Positions 50,318 through 60,276 of a DNA stretch of 64,000 nucleotides are shown piece after piece; the stretch's first letter is position 1, and every line of letters begins with the position of its first letter. The stretch comes from Clostridia bacterium (GTDB lineage Bacteria; Bacillota; Clostridia; Oscillospirales; CAG-272): assembly GCA_017482055.1 (NCBI GenBank), contig JAFUOH010000013.1:3416-67415 (forward strand), in the 5' to 3' direction. The position numbers and the translations under genes were made by a program. The notes beneath the pieces are model-generated. The model was given only the letters and a program-made list of their open reading frames with translations. It ran no database searches and was not told the origin of the DNA.

Positions 50318-51166
50318 TTATTTTAACGTTTTCTTAGCCGCGGTTAGGGTATTGCGCAGCAGCATGGTGATGGTCATGGGACCGACTCCGCCGGGAACGG
50401 GAGTGATATAGGATGCCTTCGGCTCGACCGTGGCAAAATCCACATCGCCCGTAAGCTTGCCATCGACTTTTCGGTTCATGCCCACATCAATGACAACAGC
50501 ACCTTCCTTGACCATGTCGCCGGTAACGAAATCCGCCTTGCCGATGGCAACGACGAGAATGTCCGCACGGCGTGTGACCTCTGCGAGATCCTTAGTACGG
50601 GAATGGCATACGGTCACGGTGCCGTTAGCATGCAGAAGCAGCATCGCCTGGGGCTTGCCCACTATGTTGGAGCGCCCTACCACAACGCATTCCTTGCCGC
50701 AAACGTCGATCCCGCTCTTTTCAAGCAGCACCATAACGCCCGCGGGAGTACAGGGCAGGAAATCGTAATTACCGATCATTATTTTGCCGACATTGATCTC
50801 ATGGAAAGCGTCAACATCCTTTTTCGGATCGATGTTCTGAATAATGATCTCATCGTTAAGATGCTTCGGCAGGGGGAGCTGTACGAGAATGCCGTGGATA
50901 GCCTCGTCGCGGTTAAGCTTATGTACAAGGGCGAGAAGCTCCTCCTCAGTGGTCGCCTCGGGAAGCTCATAGACCTCGGAGTGGAAGCCCACCTCCTCGC
51001 AGCCCTTCTTCTTGTTGCGTACGTATACCTTAGATGCGGGATCCTCGCCTACAATGATGACCGCAAGACCTGGAGTTACGCCCTTCGCTTTAAGCTCAGC
51101 ACACTCTGCCGCGATCTCCGCTCTTACCTCGGCTGCAATTTTCTTTCCGTCAATAATATTTGCCAT
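50318..51166 (-). CDS. folD: Bifunctional methylenetetrahydrofolate dehydrogenase/cyclohydrolase
   Basis: [19 protein letters not shown]...[23 protein letters not shown]...[10 protein letters not shown]...DVDAFH..N.G....PCTP.G...LL......[16 protein letters not shown]...LL...ATVT.CHS.T. Confidence 0.95.
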   Translation of the reverse strand: MANIIDGKKIAAEVRAEIAAECAELKAKGVTPGLAVIIVGEDPASKVYVRNKKKGCEEVGFHSEVYELPEATTEEELLALVHKLNRDEAIHGILVQLPLPKHLNDEIIIQNIDPKKDVDAFHEINVGKIMIGNYDFLPCTPAGVMVLLEKSGIDVCGKECVVVGRSNIVGKPQAMLLLHANGTVTVCHSRTKDLAEVTRRADILVVAIGKADFVTGDMVKEGAVVIDVGMNRKVDGKLTGDVDFATVEPKASYITPVPGGVGPMTITMLLRNTLTAAKKTLK

Positions 51167-51168
51167 TA

Positions 51169-52203
51169 TCAGTTCTCCTTGTTATTCTCTTGGTTTTCGG
51201 TATTGTCGGTTGTATCAGTTTCGACGATATCCCCAGTCTCGTTCGACTCGGACACTTCGCCGTCGTTCTTTATGTCATACGCAGGCGCAGCTCCTGCTGT
51301 GAGCGTATCTTTGTTTGAGGTATAGACCTCATCGTACGCTTCCTCATCGAGAGAACGTTGCTTGGCTCGTACAAGCCCCACGATGGTCAAGACAACTCCG
51401 CCGATAACGCACAGGAGCGACACAAGCTGCGAAATACGTACAGTTTCGCCAAATATATTTTCGAGCAGGTACAGACTGTCTGTGCGCAGACCCTCGATAA
51501 AGTATCGACCAACGCCATACCATATGAGGTAGAAAAGCGTGTTGTGACCGTCGAACTTCTTCTTTTTATAGAAGCACATTATGAGAATGAAGCCCAGCAG
51601 ATTCCACAGAGATTCATAAAGAAAGGTGGGGTGGTAATACTCCATGGTACCGAAGCCGCCCTGCATAATGCCCATGCGCCAGGGAAGATCGGTGACCGTT
51701 CCGTGTGCCTCAGCGTTGAAGAAGTTGCCCCAGCGTCCGATAGCCTGACCGATTATAAGTCCGGGCACGGCAACATCAAGCAGCTTTGCAGTTTTGATCT
51801 TTTTAATACGGGAATACACGATTATCGTAAGCGCGCCCGCGATAATACCGCCGTAGATCGCAAGTCCGCCGTTCCAAATAGCGATAACATCGTAGAAGGA
51901 ATCATATTCGCCCGGCTTTGAGAGCACGTAATAGAGTCTCGCACCGATCATGCAGAAAATGATAAGGTATATGGCAAGATCGAACATATCGTCGGTCTTG
52001 ATACCTTCATATTTCGCTTTGCGAAGCGATACCGCAAAGCCTACTATCATCGCAAGTGTGATGATGATGCCGTACCACATGATACTGTGACTTTCTCCGT
52101 CCGTCCAGGGCAGGGGGATACGAAACGCCACAGGATCGAGTGTGAAATTCCCGATACCGAGTCCCGGGAAGGAGATGATATTTGACAGAAGTGCGCCTAT
52201 CAT
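51169..52203 (-). CDS. lgt: Prolipoprotein diacylglyceryl transferase with an acidic C-terminal extension
   Basis: Motifs ...MIGARLYYV..., [14 protein letters not shown] and [14 protein letters not shown]. The last 65 aa or so are Asp/Glu/Asn/Thr-rich. Confidence 0.9.
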   Translation of the reverse strand: MIGALLSNIISFPGLGIGNFTLDPVAFRIPLPWTDGESHSIMWYGIIITLAMIVGFAVSLRKAKYEGIKTDDMFDLAIYLIIFCMIGARLYYVLSKPGEYDSFYDVIAIWNGGLAIYGGIIAGALTIIVYSRIKKIKTAKLLDVAVPGLIIGQAIGRWGNFFNAEAHGTVTDLPWRMGIMQGGFGTMEYYHPTFLYESLWNLLGFILIMCFYKKKKFDGHNTLFYLIWYGVGRYFIEGLRTDSLYLLENIFGETVRISQLVSLLCVIGGVVLTIVGLVRAKQRSLDEEAYDEVYTSNKDTLTAGAAPAYDIKNDGEVSESNETGDIVETDTTDNTENQENNKEN

Positions 52204-53508
52204 TTATTTCACCTCCGTGTCGAGAGGCTTGACGATGGCTAAAGAATAAAATTCCTCTTTGAATGCGTTGTGAAGAAGCGCGGTCACATCCTCGTATGTC
52301 ACGCCGCCGAGAATATCGGCATAGTCAAGCAGATCTCCGTCATCCAGCTTAAATTGAAGGAAGTTGTTTGCGATATCGTCGGTGCTGTCGAACCACTTGA
52401 TCATCGCCGCATAAAGTGCGCGCTTGGAGCGCTCAAAGTCCTCACGGCACAGTCCATTCTTCTTGGCATCCTCCACACACGCCTTAAAGCGTGCAAACAC
52501 CTCGTCCGGGTCGGAGGATTCGCCGAACATTGCGTTATAGGCAAAGCTCTTACATATGCTGTAGCCCGCATCGAGCGACCCCGAAATGAGGCCTTCCTCG
52601 TAGAGCTTATTGAAGAAGTCGCCTGCTTTACCGAACAGCACATCATTAAGAATATCGGCAGTGGCTGATTTTTTCATACGCATATAGGGATCGTCGGAGA
52701 TATCCACGTCCTTCACTCCGATGGCAAACAGCGGCTTTGCCACCTGCATGGCGTATTCGTCTCGCTTCTTATAGACTTCCGCCTTTTCCTCGGGATACTC
52801 GCGGATGATGGAGGCGGGTGCTTGCTCTTTCAATACCTTGTCGCAGACCTCATTCACCTCATCCACCGTCACATCTCCGCAGACGATGAGCATCATATTG
52901 GACAAATTGTAGAATACTCGGTAGCATTCATAGAGTATGTCGGCGGTGATATGGGAGATGGATTCCACCGTACCCGCCACGTTGATGCGGACATTATGCT
53001 TTTCGTACATCGCTTCGAGCATCATGTGATAAAGCCTGCGGAAGGGATGGTCGTCGTACATCCGTATCTCCTGCGCGATGATGCCCTGCTCCTTTTCCAC
53101 CGTTTCGGGGGTGAAATACGGAGTGCTCACAAAGTCAAGCAGAATTTCAAGAGATTCCTTGAAATTCGAGGTGCAGGAAAACAGGTACGCGGTCATGGTA
53201 TTGCCCGTGTATGCGTTGGCACTGGCGCCGTATTTCGCATAGCGGGAAAAAGTATCCTCACCGTTGGGGTTCTCGAAAAGCTTGTGCTCGAGATAATGTG
53301 CGATACCGTCGGGCACAACCGTAAAATCCTTGTCGCCTTCCAGCTTGAATTTTGAGTCAATGGAGCCGTAGCGCGTGGCAAACAGCGCATAGGTGGTGGA
53401 GAGCTGTTTGGGGAATACATACACGGGAAGCCCGCTCTTATGTGTGTAGCTGTAATATTCCTCCTTCAAAAATTCGCTTCTTTTGGTGGTTACATTAAGC
53501 ATCTTCAC
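52204..53508 (-). CDS. M16-family (pitrilysin/insulinase-like) zinc peptidase, active-site subunit
   Basis: Contains the inverted zinc motif HxxEH (GIAHYLEHKLFEN). Confidence 0.8.
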   Translation of the reverse strand: MKMLNVTTKRSEFLKEEYYSYTHKSGLPVYVFPKQLSTTYALFATRYGSIDSKFKLEGDKDFTVVPDGIAHYLEHKLFENPNGEDTFSRYAKYGASANAYTGNTMTAYLFSCTSNFKESLEILLDFVSTPYFTPETVEKEQGIIAQEIRMYDDHPFRRLYHMMLEAMYEKHNVRINVAGTVESISHITADILYECYRVFYNLSNMMLIVCGDVTVDEVNEVCDKVLKEQAPASIIREYPEEKAEVYKKRDEYAMQVAKPLFAIGVKDVDISDDPYMRMKKSATADILNDVLFGKAGDFFNKLYEEGLISGSLDAGYSICKSFAYNAMFGESSDPDEVFARFKACVEDAKKNGLCREDFERSKRALYAAMIKWFDSTDDIANNFLQFKLDDGDLLDYADILGGVTYEDVTALLHNAFKEEFYSLAIVKPLDTEVK

Positions 53509-54784
53509 CCTCTCCTTTCAGAGTTCCGTTTAAAAAGTATACCGTGTCCAGTGACACTCTGTTTGCGGCGGTGATGATCTCGTCGCGGGTTACCCTTTCG
53601 ATGGATGCCGCCACACTGTCGGGATCGCCCGGAACGCCGTTAAGGAGCCGTCCGAGATACCACATTTCCAGTCCGCGCGCACTGTCCGCAAGCTCTCGGT
53701 AGCTGTTTATAAGTCCCAGCTTTGCGCTCTCATACTCTTCCTCATTGAAATCACCGCGCTTCACCGCGTCGAGCTGATCGAATATAGCCTTCTCCGCGAT
53801 CTCGCGGTTTGCGACCTCGATGCCGCTTGATACGATGATAAGCCCCTTCGGCGCGTCGGGCGCACTGGAGCAGTAGTAGCAGAGACTCATCTTCTCACGG
53901 ACATTCATAAACAGCTTGGAGGTAACGCCGCCTCCGAAGATCTCGTTGAACATCATCACCGCGGGATAATCCGCATCCTTGATGGAAGCCCCCGCACGGA
54001 ATCCGATATTCAGCTTACCCTGGTTCACGGGCATATCCTCATCAATACGCTTTACCGCCTCTGCCTTCTTTATGATCTCGGTCTCGGCAATAGCCATGGG
54101 AGTACGAGCGATACTGTCGAACAGCGAGGTGAGCTTGTCAGCGAGCGCGTCTATATCACAGCTTCCCACAAAGAATATCTCCACAGGATAGTTTTTGAGC
54201 GCATACTTATACTGCGCGTATACCGTCTCGGCGGTACATGCGGCAACTTCTTCCGGCGTACCTGTCTCGGATATGCCGTAGCGCTCATTTTTGCACATTT
54301 CTTCAATGCAGCGCATACGGGCATAGTACGCCTTGTTGTTTATTTTGGCGTTGATGGCGTCTATAAGATTGGTTTTTTCGCTCTCGGTATACGCCGCATT
54401 AAAGGCTTCACCGTCCGTCACGGGGCAGAACAGGATATCCGCAAGCATATCCGTGACCTCAAGCGGCAGATTTTCGCCGTCTATGGTGTAGGCGGGGTCG
54501 ATCATTGAAGCGGTCAGACCGAATATCTGTATCTCTCCGCGCTTTTCGCATCTTGACGAAAGACTTGCAGCATAAAGATAGTCGAGCTTTTTGTTGATCT
54601 GTGCCATATTCGGGTATTTCACCGAGCCGCGCAGGAGTATGCTCGGTATCAGCGCATTTTTCGCCGCCGTGGCGGAGTCAAGCGGAGCTATAAAGTTAAC
54701 GGACATATATCCCGTCTTGAATTTGTCTGTTTCGAGGTAATTAAGACTTACCCCATCGGCGATCTTCTTTTTAATGAGTGCCAT
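53495..54784 (-). CDS. M16-family peptidase-like protein lacking the HxxEH motif (probable non-catalytic partner)
   Basis: Same size and fold-like pattern as its neighbour, with no HxxEH. It overlaps the partner gene by 14 nt. Confidence 0.7.
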   Translation of the reverse strand: MALIKKKIADGVSLNYLETDKFKTGYMSVNFIAPLDSATAAKNALIPSILLRGSVKYPNMAQINKKLDYLYAASLSSRCEKRGEIQIFGLTASMIDPAYTIDGENLPLEVTDMLADILFCPVTDGEAFNAAYTESEKTNLIDAINAKINNKAYYARMRCIEEMCKNERYGISETGTPEEVAACTAETVYAQYKYALKNYPVEIFFVGSCDIDALADKLTSLFDSIARTPMAIAETEIIKKAEAVKRIDEDMPVNQGKLNIGFRAGASIKDADYPAVMMFNEIFGGGVTSKLFMNVREKMSLCYYCSSAPDAPKGLIIVSSGIEVANREIAEKAIFDQLDAVKRGDFNEEEYESAKLGLINSYRELADSARGLEMWYLGRLLNGVPGDPDSVAASIERVTRDEIITAANRVSLDTVYFLNGTLKGEGEDA

Positions 54785-54896
54785 ATGCTTCTCACTTTCC
54801 CTCCCACAAGAGGAGTTTTATTATTATCTATCATTTTACACCCTTTAGAGAAAAATTGCAACAAATACGCTGTGAATTTTCAAAAATGTTACGGAT

Positions 54897-57191
54897 TCAG
54901 GATGAGAAGTCGATACAGACAGGCTCCTCGCACATGATCACACCCGAAAATCCGTCGAGCCAATCCGCAAATTCCGCAAGTCTTTCCTTCGACGAAACAG
55001 CGATGTATTCCAGGCTTTCGTCTGCGGTTCCCGACGGCGGAGTCTTGAAATTTGGACCGTTGACACCGAGTATCAGATATTTTGCTCCCTCGGAACAGCT
55101 CCATACATAATCGCTTTCCCACGCCGCCGAGCCCGCGTATGTCAGCTTCGAGTCTGCGCAGGTGAAATTGATCAGTACAAGCGGCTGAACCGAGCGGTCA
55201 ATATAGGTACGGCCGGGCATGGACAGCGTTACATCTCCAAAGCTCATCACAGTCTCACGGTGCGGCGAGTACATGACTGTCTCGGTACCGTACTCCTCCG
55301 TCACGCGGTAAAGCTCCGCAAGCAAATGCGAATCGTAATCATCGCTCGGCGTGGGAACGAGCAGACGGCGTACTCTGCGATACCGCAAAAGCTCACGCAC
55401 GGCATTTACGTGCCGCCTGTCCACGTTTGTCAGCATCAGCGTGTCCGCCTCGGTGAGATAACGCTCGGCAAGCAAATCGTTAATATTCCCCATCAGCACA
55501 CCGGAGCCGTCAGTCGCATCTATTATCATCGCTTGGCGCTCGGATACCAGAAGAAAGGCATCGTGCTTTCCGTAACTTGTGTAGTTGAGTGTAGAGGTAT
55601 CAAAATGTGCGCGGTCGTAAAAATGCACGCCTGTGAGGAATATTGCGCTTGCCGCCGCAAAAGGTATCAGCGCATACAGCCAGCTCGGAAAGTTTTCCGC
55701 CATCATCCATATGATCACGCACACAAGACATACAATTATCGGAAGTGCGAAGGGGTATTCAAGAGATATAAGCCTTGCGTGCTCCGACAGCGCCTCGGCA
55801 GTCTGCGAGCATATTTTACACAGCGCCGATATGAGCCAACCTAACCGTCCGCATATAAAGTGCCAGCCCATAAGAGCACAGACAAGGTAAGGCATAAGCA
55901 ACAGCAGCAGTCCCTCGCACAAATACGACATTATGACCGTTGCGGGCACCGACAGCGTGGATATCTCCCCGAAATACAACCATTGGAGCGGCAGAACAAA
56001 CAGCGTGGCTCCAACGGATGCGGCAACGCTTCCGAGAAAGCTGCGTATTTTTCCGAGTATCGGTCTGACAGCTTTATTTTCGCTGTCGAGTCGTATTGTC
56101 TTACGTTTCGCCGCATCGGTCATGAGCAGTACGCCGAGTGTTGCACAAAACGAGAGCTGCAGGCTGACATCGAACAGCGCGGCGGGACTCACAAAGGTAA
56201 TGACCCATACCGCGATAAACAGAGCTGTGACCTTGTCGCTTTCCGTATCGAAAAAAGATGCCGCGAAGGTGAGCATGAGCATGACCGCCGCACGGACCAC
56301 CGACATCAAAAATCCGGTCAGCGCCACGTAAAACAGCATGATGAGCATCACAAGAACATATCTCAGCCGCCGTCCGAGTCCGAGCCTTATGAACAGCCGC
56401 TCAAGTCCGCCGCACATGACTGACAGATGAAGTCCGCTGAGCGCAAGTATGTGAATTACGCCGATATAGTTAAAATCCCGCCGTATCCTGCCAAGTCCGT
56501 CGCGGTCACCGAGCAGCAGCGCATCCGCAAGAGCCGTACTGTCACCATCAAGATACAGTGACATTTTAGCGGAAAACATTTCACGCAGCTTCTCAAGCCG
56601 AATCTCGATCCCGTTTGACTTACCCACGGCATCCACTTGTCCCGCGGCATCGCAGACAAACACATATCCGTCCGCAAGCATTGTGAGACGCGACACATCG
56701 TAAAAATCGTAAAACTCCTCAAGCGGAGAAAACACTACCGCCGCTTCGACGACGTCACCTACGGCAAATGTATCGGAGCTTTCGGTGTATACAAGTCCCA
56801 AAGCACCGGCGCGCTCTCCGTCAAGCGACTGAAGCCTTACCTCGTAAACCGCATTGTATGCAGTGTGACTTTTCACCTCGGTCACAGCGGCACGTATGGT
56901 ACCTTTGGTGAGGGATTCATATTTTGCCGCATATACGTTAAAATATGCAAAGGATGTAAGCAGCATGCAGAGTGTGATCGCTGCCGTAATAAAAACAAAA
57001 ACCGTCGGAGCGAGGTTACAGATGCGTACAGTACCGCGCCGACGAAGAATTAATATGGCAATCGGAACCGCCAAAATAACGGCGGCGATGAGAATAAGCT
57101 TCGGCAGAGCCGTGAGAAAAGCTGCCGCCGCAGACACGGCTATGCACAGGCTTATGGCTGCGGCAAGCGGTCTGCGGCGATAGAAATTCAT
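54897..57191 (-). CDS. comEC: ComEC/Rec2-family DNA internalisation channel protein
   Basis: Polytopic membrane protein with the competence-domain motif LLLGDRDGL......F..IGVIHILALSGLHLSVM and a C-terminal MBL-like domain. Confidence 0.85.
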   Translation of the reverse strand: MNFYRRRPLAAAISLCIAVSAAAAFLTALPKLILIAAVILAVPIAILILRRRGTVRICNLAPTVFVFITAAITLCMLLTSFAYFNVYAAKYESLTKGTIRAAVTEVKSHTAYNAVYEVRLQSLDGERAGALGLVYTESSDTFAVGDVVEAAVVFSPLEEFYDFYDVSRLTMLADGYVFVCDAAGQVDAVGKSNGIEIRLEKLREMFSAKMSLYLDGDSTALADALLLGDRDGLGRIRRDFNYIGVIHILALSGLHLSVMCGGLERLFIRLGLGRRLRYVLVMLIMLFYVALTGFLMSVVRAAVMLMLTFAASFFDTESDKVTALFIAVWVITFVSPAALFDVSLQLSFCATLGVLLMTDAAKRKTIRLDSENKAVRPILGKIRSFLGSVAASVGATLFVLPLQWLYFGEISTLSVPATVIMSYLCEGLLLLLMPYLVCALMGWHFICGRLGWLISALCKICSQTAEALSEHARLISLEYPFALPIIVCLVCVIIWMMAENFPSWLYALIPFAAASAIFLTGVHFYDRAHFDTSTLNYTSYGKHDAFLLVSERQAMIIDATDGSGVLMGNINDLLAERYLTEADTLMLTNVDRRHVNAVRELLRYRRVRRLLVPTPSDDYDSHLLAELYRVTEEYGTETVMYSPHRETVMSFGDVTLSMPGRTYIDRSVQPLVLINFTCADSKLTYAGSAAWESDYVWSCSEGAKYLILGVNGPNFKTPPSGTADESLEYIAVSSKERLAEFADWLDGFSGVIMCEEPVCIDFSS

Positions 57192-57213
57192 AACTTACTC
57201 CTTAGTTTCTTGA

Positions 57214-59307
57214 TTATTTTAATGCGACATGTCGGTCGCCAAGCGGCAGCTCTGCCGTGTAAAGCTTTCCGTTTACGGCGGGCTTATAGCTACCGCTCTC
57301 GGTGGTGACAGTGTACTCCTTGCCGTCGGTTACAACGAATGACAGCTTGCCGCCCTCATAAAGCGACCATACACCGTTGAATTGATAGTCAACCGCCAGC
57401 GGAGAATTATACTTGTCTGTAAGTCCCAGCATAGCGATCCCGTTTTCCACGGGTACGATCGTATAGAGTCGGAAGTCGTCGTGATCTTTCAGCATGATGT
57501 CGAGCACCTCGTCGCCGTGGAGCACAGTCACATCACCGGTAAAGTGCTCGTATACAACGTACTCATCGTACTTTTTGCCGATATCTGCCGCGCTGACGGT
57601 GCCTGTGACCGGCTTTTCATCAGCACTGAGGTTATACGCCGCCACCACGCCGCCAACCTTGTAGGTGTTGAATATCTTCATGGGCTTTCCGGAATCGGAA
57701 GGATCGGCGATGAGACAGTCAACGGTAGGAAGCGCGGGGGCTTCACAGCGCAGGAGACGTCCGTCGCTGTAGCAGAGGGGCTTTACGATATCCGCACAAC
57801 TGCGTCCGAGCTTGTCGGAAATATAAATGGGTCCGCCCGAAATGGCGCGCAGAACGGAGTTTTTCTTCGCCTGACCGTCATCCGTCCACCACATATCCCA
57901 GTCCGACCAGTAAAACAGTCCCTGAATGACCGAGTTGTATGCACACTGCCGTAAGTGCTTTATAAACCATTCGCGGTTTTCGGGCTGGAAATCGTCCGAG
58001 CATCGGGAGATGGCGCCTACGGGACGGTTGAACATATTTTCGTTACCCATGCCCATGCAGTTGATTATGGCATTGTCAAAGTTTGCGCCCACCGAGCAGT
58101 CTATGGCTCTTTGCTGTGCGCGCGCCGCTTTGCCTATCGGGTATCTGTTGGTCGCATAAGCGGGGATGGAGCTTTGATTATCGATCTTTACAAATTCAAC
58201 ACCGCACTGCTTCATGAAGAAATGCCAGTCATTGTAGAAGCGGAACATGGAGCCCACCTCGTATTTCGGAACGATACAATCGATCACGACCCCTTTTCTG
58301 AGACGCGGCACCGTCTCAAATTCATTCTCGTATACCTTTGCAAGCTCGCCCTCGGGATCAAGTCCTGCCCAATATCCCGTTGTGGGATGCCACATACCGA
58401 CCTTAACGCCGTATTCGTTCATTGACTTAACGCAGTGCGCAAGACCGTTCGGAAAACGCTTCGGATCAGCCTCGAACGAGCGGAGCTTTGAGGTGTGCAT
58501 GACCTCAAACATGGTGCCGTTAAAGCGGTCAAGACTGTCGGGAATGTCGCGCAGCTTGTCGCACTCTGCCCACATATCGTCGATAATGCCCCATTTGACG
58601 GGTATGTCTTTTTCTTTAAATTCCTTGCATTTTTCCACAAGTCCCGCTTCGCTTACTCGTATTTCCATCGCATCCCAGGAACACCAGCCAAGGTATTCAA
58701 ATATCTCGGGATAGCGGCGCTCCTCACGTACGGAACAACCGTTGTTTAAAAGCTTCATGGCGTACCTTGCGCAATCACGCATCAGCTTGTAGGGCTCGTC
58801 ACCCTCTCCGCAGACAAAGGAAAGCTGATCCTTGACCTGGTTAAGTCTGTAGTAAGCAGTCATACCCGCCGACACACCGCCCTCGGTACCGACCATGTTG
58901 GTCTTGTATGTATCGTCAACGGTAGGGAGAATGAAGCCCCAGTTGCCGTTTTTATAACGGAACAGCAAGCCCTGGGTACGCTCGTGCACCTTGGTTAGAT
59001 CGGTGTCAAAATGCGAATTGCACCAGAACGGACTGTTGCGGAAGTTGGCAAAGTAGCCCTCGATATCTCCGAGAGTCGCCATCTCAAGACCTACGGCAAA
59101 GTAATCCGAAAATTCCGCCCCCTCTATCCCGGAGTCCACATAAACACCCATTAACCCGCCCTCACTGACCGTGCGTGTCTTAAGCGCGACCTTGACCTCG
59201 CCCTCATTGTAGACATACTGACCGCGGCAGCAATCATTATTCATATAATAGCGTTTCTCATCGTTCGCCTTCATAAACCACGGTTTAAAAGTCTCACTGA
59301 GATTCAT
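57214..59307 (-). CDS. Glycoside hydrolase family 36-like enzyme (raffinose-synthase/Sip1-type alpha-galactosidase family)
   Basis: LGWCSWDAMEIRVSEAGLVEKCKEFKEKDIPVKWGIIDDMW and ...FVKIDNQS... match the Sip1/raffinose synthase pattern of GH36. Confidence 0.7.
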   Translation of the reverse strand: MNLSETFKPWFMKANDEKRYYMNNDCCRGQYVYNEGEVKVALKTRTVSEGGLMGVYVDSGIEGAEFSDYFAVGLEMATLGDIEGYFANFRNSPFWCNSHFDTDLTKVHERTQGLLFRYKNGNWGFILPTVDDTYKTNMVGTEGGVSAGMTAYYRLNQVKDQLSFVCGEGDEPYKLMRDCARYAMKLLNNGCSVREERRYPEIFEYLGWCSWDAMEIRVSEAGLVEKCKEFKEKDIPVKWGIIDDMWAECDKLRDIPDSLDRFNGTMFEVMHTSKLRSFEADPKRFPNGLAHCVKSMNEYGVKVGMWHPTTGYWAGLDPEGELAKVYENEFETVPRLRKGVVIDCIVPKYEVGSMFRFYNDWHFFMKQCGVEFVKIDNQSSIPAYATNRYPIGKAARAQQRAIDCSVGANFDNAIINCMGMGNENMFNRPVGAISRCSDDFQPENREWFIKHLRQCAYNSVIQGLFYWSDWDMWWTDDGQAKKNSVLRAISGGPIYISDKLGRSCADIVKPLCYSDGRLLRCEAPALPTVDCLIADPSDSGKPMKIFNTYKVGGVVAAYNLSADEKPVTGTVSAADIGKKYDEYVVYEHFTGDVTVLHGDEVLDIMLKDHDDFRLYTIVPVENGIAMLGLTDKYNSPLAVDYQFNGVWSLYEGGKLSFVVTDGKEYTVTTESGSYKPAVNGKLYTAELPLGDRHVALK

Positions 59308-59332
59308 ATCTAAGTACCATCCTTATTAAGAA

Positions 59333-60148
59333 TTAAGCCTTTAATTTGGCGTTTTTGAATATAGTAAGATCCACGTGAGCATTTTCACCGCCATCAAGGG
59401 TATATATCTTCCCGACGCCCTCATATTTTGCCCCGGCAAAGGGATTGTATGGCAGCAGCTCCACGGGCGAGTCTCCGATAAGCTCGGAGATCGCAAAAAG
59501 ATTTTCCCGCGTATCGGTGATATTCGGTATCAACGGCACACGAATGATGTGCGGCTTGCCGCTTTTTTTTAGCCGCTCGAGGTTTGCGAGAATCGGCTCA
59601 TTCGAAACACCGCACCACTTTTTATGGAGTGCGGGATCGGCAAGCTTTACATCCATCATCACAAGCTCCACACGGTCGAGTATCCGAAGAAATTTATCGC
59701 TGCCGCAGAAGCCGCAGGTTTCAACGGCGCGGTGAACGCCCGAAAGCCTGTCAAAAAGCTCGCACACGAAGTCCGCCTGCATGGTAGGCTCGCCGCCCGA
59801 CACCGTAACGCCACCGCCCGAGGTCTCCATGAAATCGGCGTTTTCGAGCAGCTTTTTTGCAAGCTCATCCGAGTCCCATACCTTGCCCACCACCGACACA
59901 AGTCCGTCGGGGCAAGCGTGCAGACAGCGCTCATAAGGCTTGCAGTCCACGTGGCTGCAGTGAGCTTTACAAAGCCCGCAGTGACGGCATCTTGCCGTGC
60001 GCACCATTATCTCGGGTGTTGGAGAAAGCCCCTCGGGGTTGTGGCACCACTTACAGGAAAGCGGACAGCCCTTCATAAATACCGTGGTGCGCACTCCCGG
60101 CCCGTCGTGGACGGAAAATTCCTTTATATCAAAAACGATCCCCGTCAT
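59333..60148 (-). CDS. Glycyl-radical enzyme activating protein (radical SAM)
   Basis: MTGIVFDIKEFSVHDGPGVRTTVFMKGCPLSCKWCHNPE, plus two ferredoxin-like Cys clusters (CRHCGLCKAHC, CLHACP). The start is taken at the ATG at 60148. Confidence 0.88.
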   Translation of the reverse strand: MTGIVFDIKEFSVHDGPGVRTTVFMKGCPLSCKWCHNPEGLSPTPEIMVRTARCRHCGLCKAHCSHVDCKPYERCLHACPDGLVSVVGKVWDSDELAKKLLENADFMETSGGGVTVSGGEPTMQADFVCELFDRLSGVHRAVETCGFCGSDKFLRILDRVELVMMDVKLADPALHKKWCGVSNEPILANLERLKKSGKPHIIRVPLIPNITDTRENLFAISELIGDSPVELLPYNPFAGAKYEGVGKIYTLDGGENAHVDLTIFKNAKLKA

Positions 60149-60276
60149 TTTATAATCACAACTTTTGCGTATCGAAAGTTTCCTTTCTGTGGAATTGTAA
60201 CCGGTTTTGCGCCGGCAAAATCGCTGATGCAAAGCAGCGTAAGTTACAAAACACTGCGTGAAAATTTATTTCCACG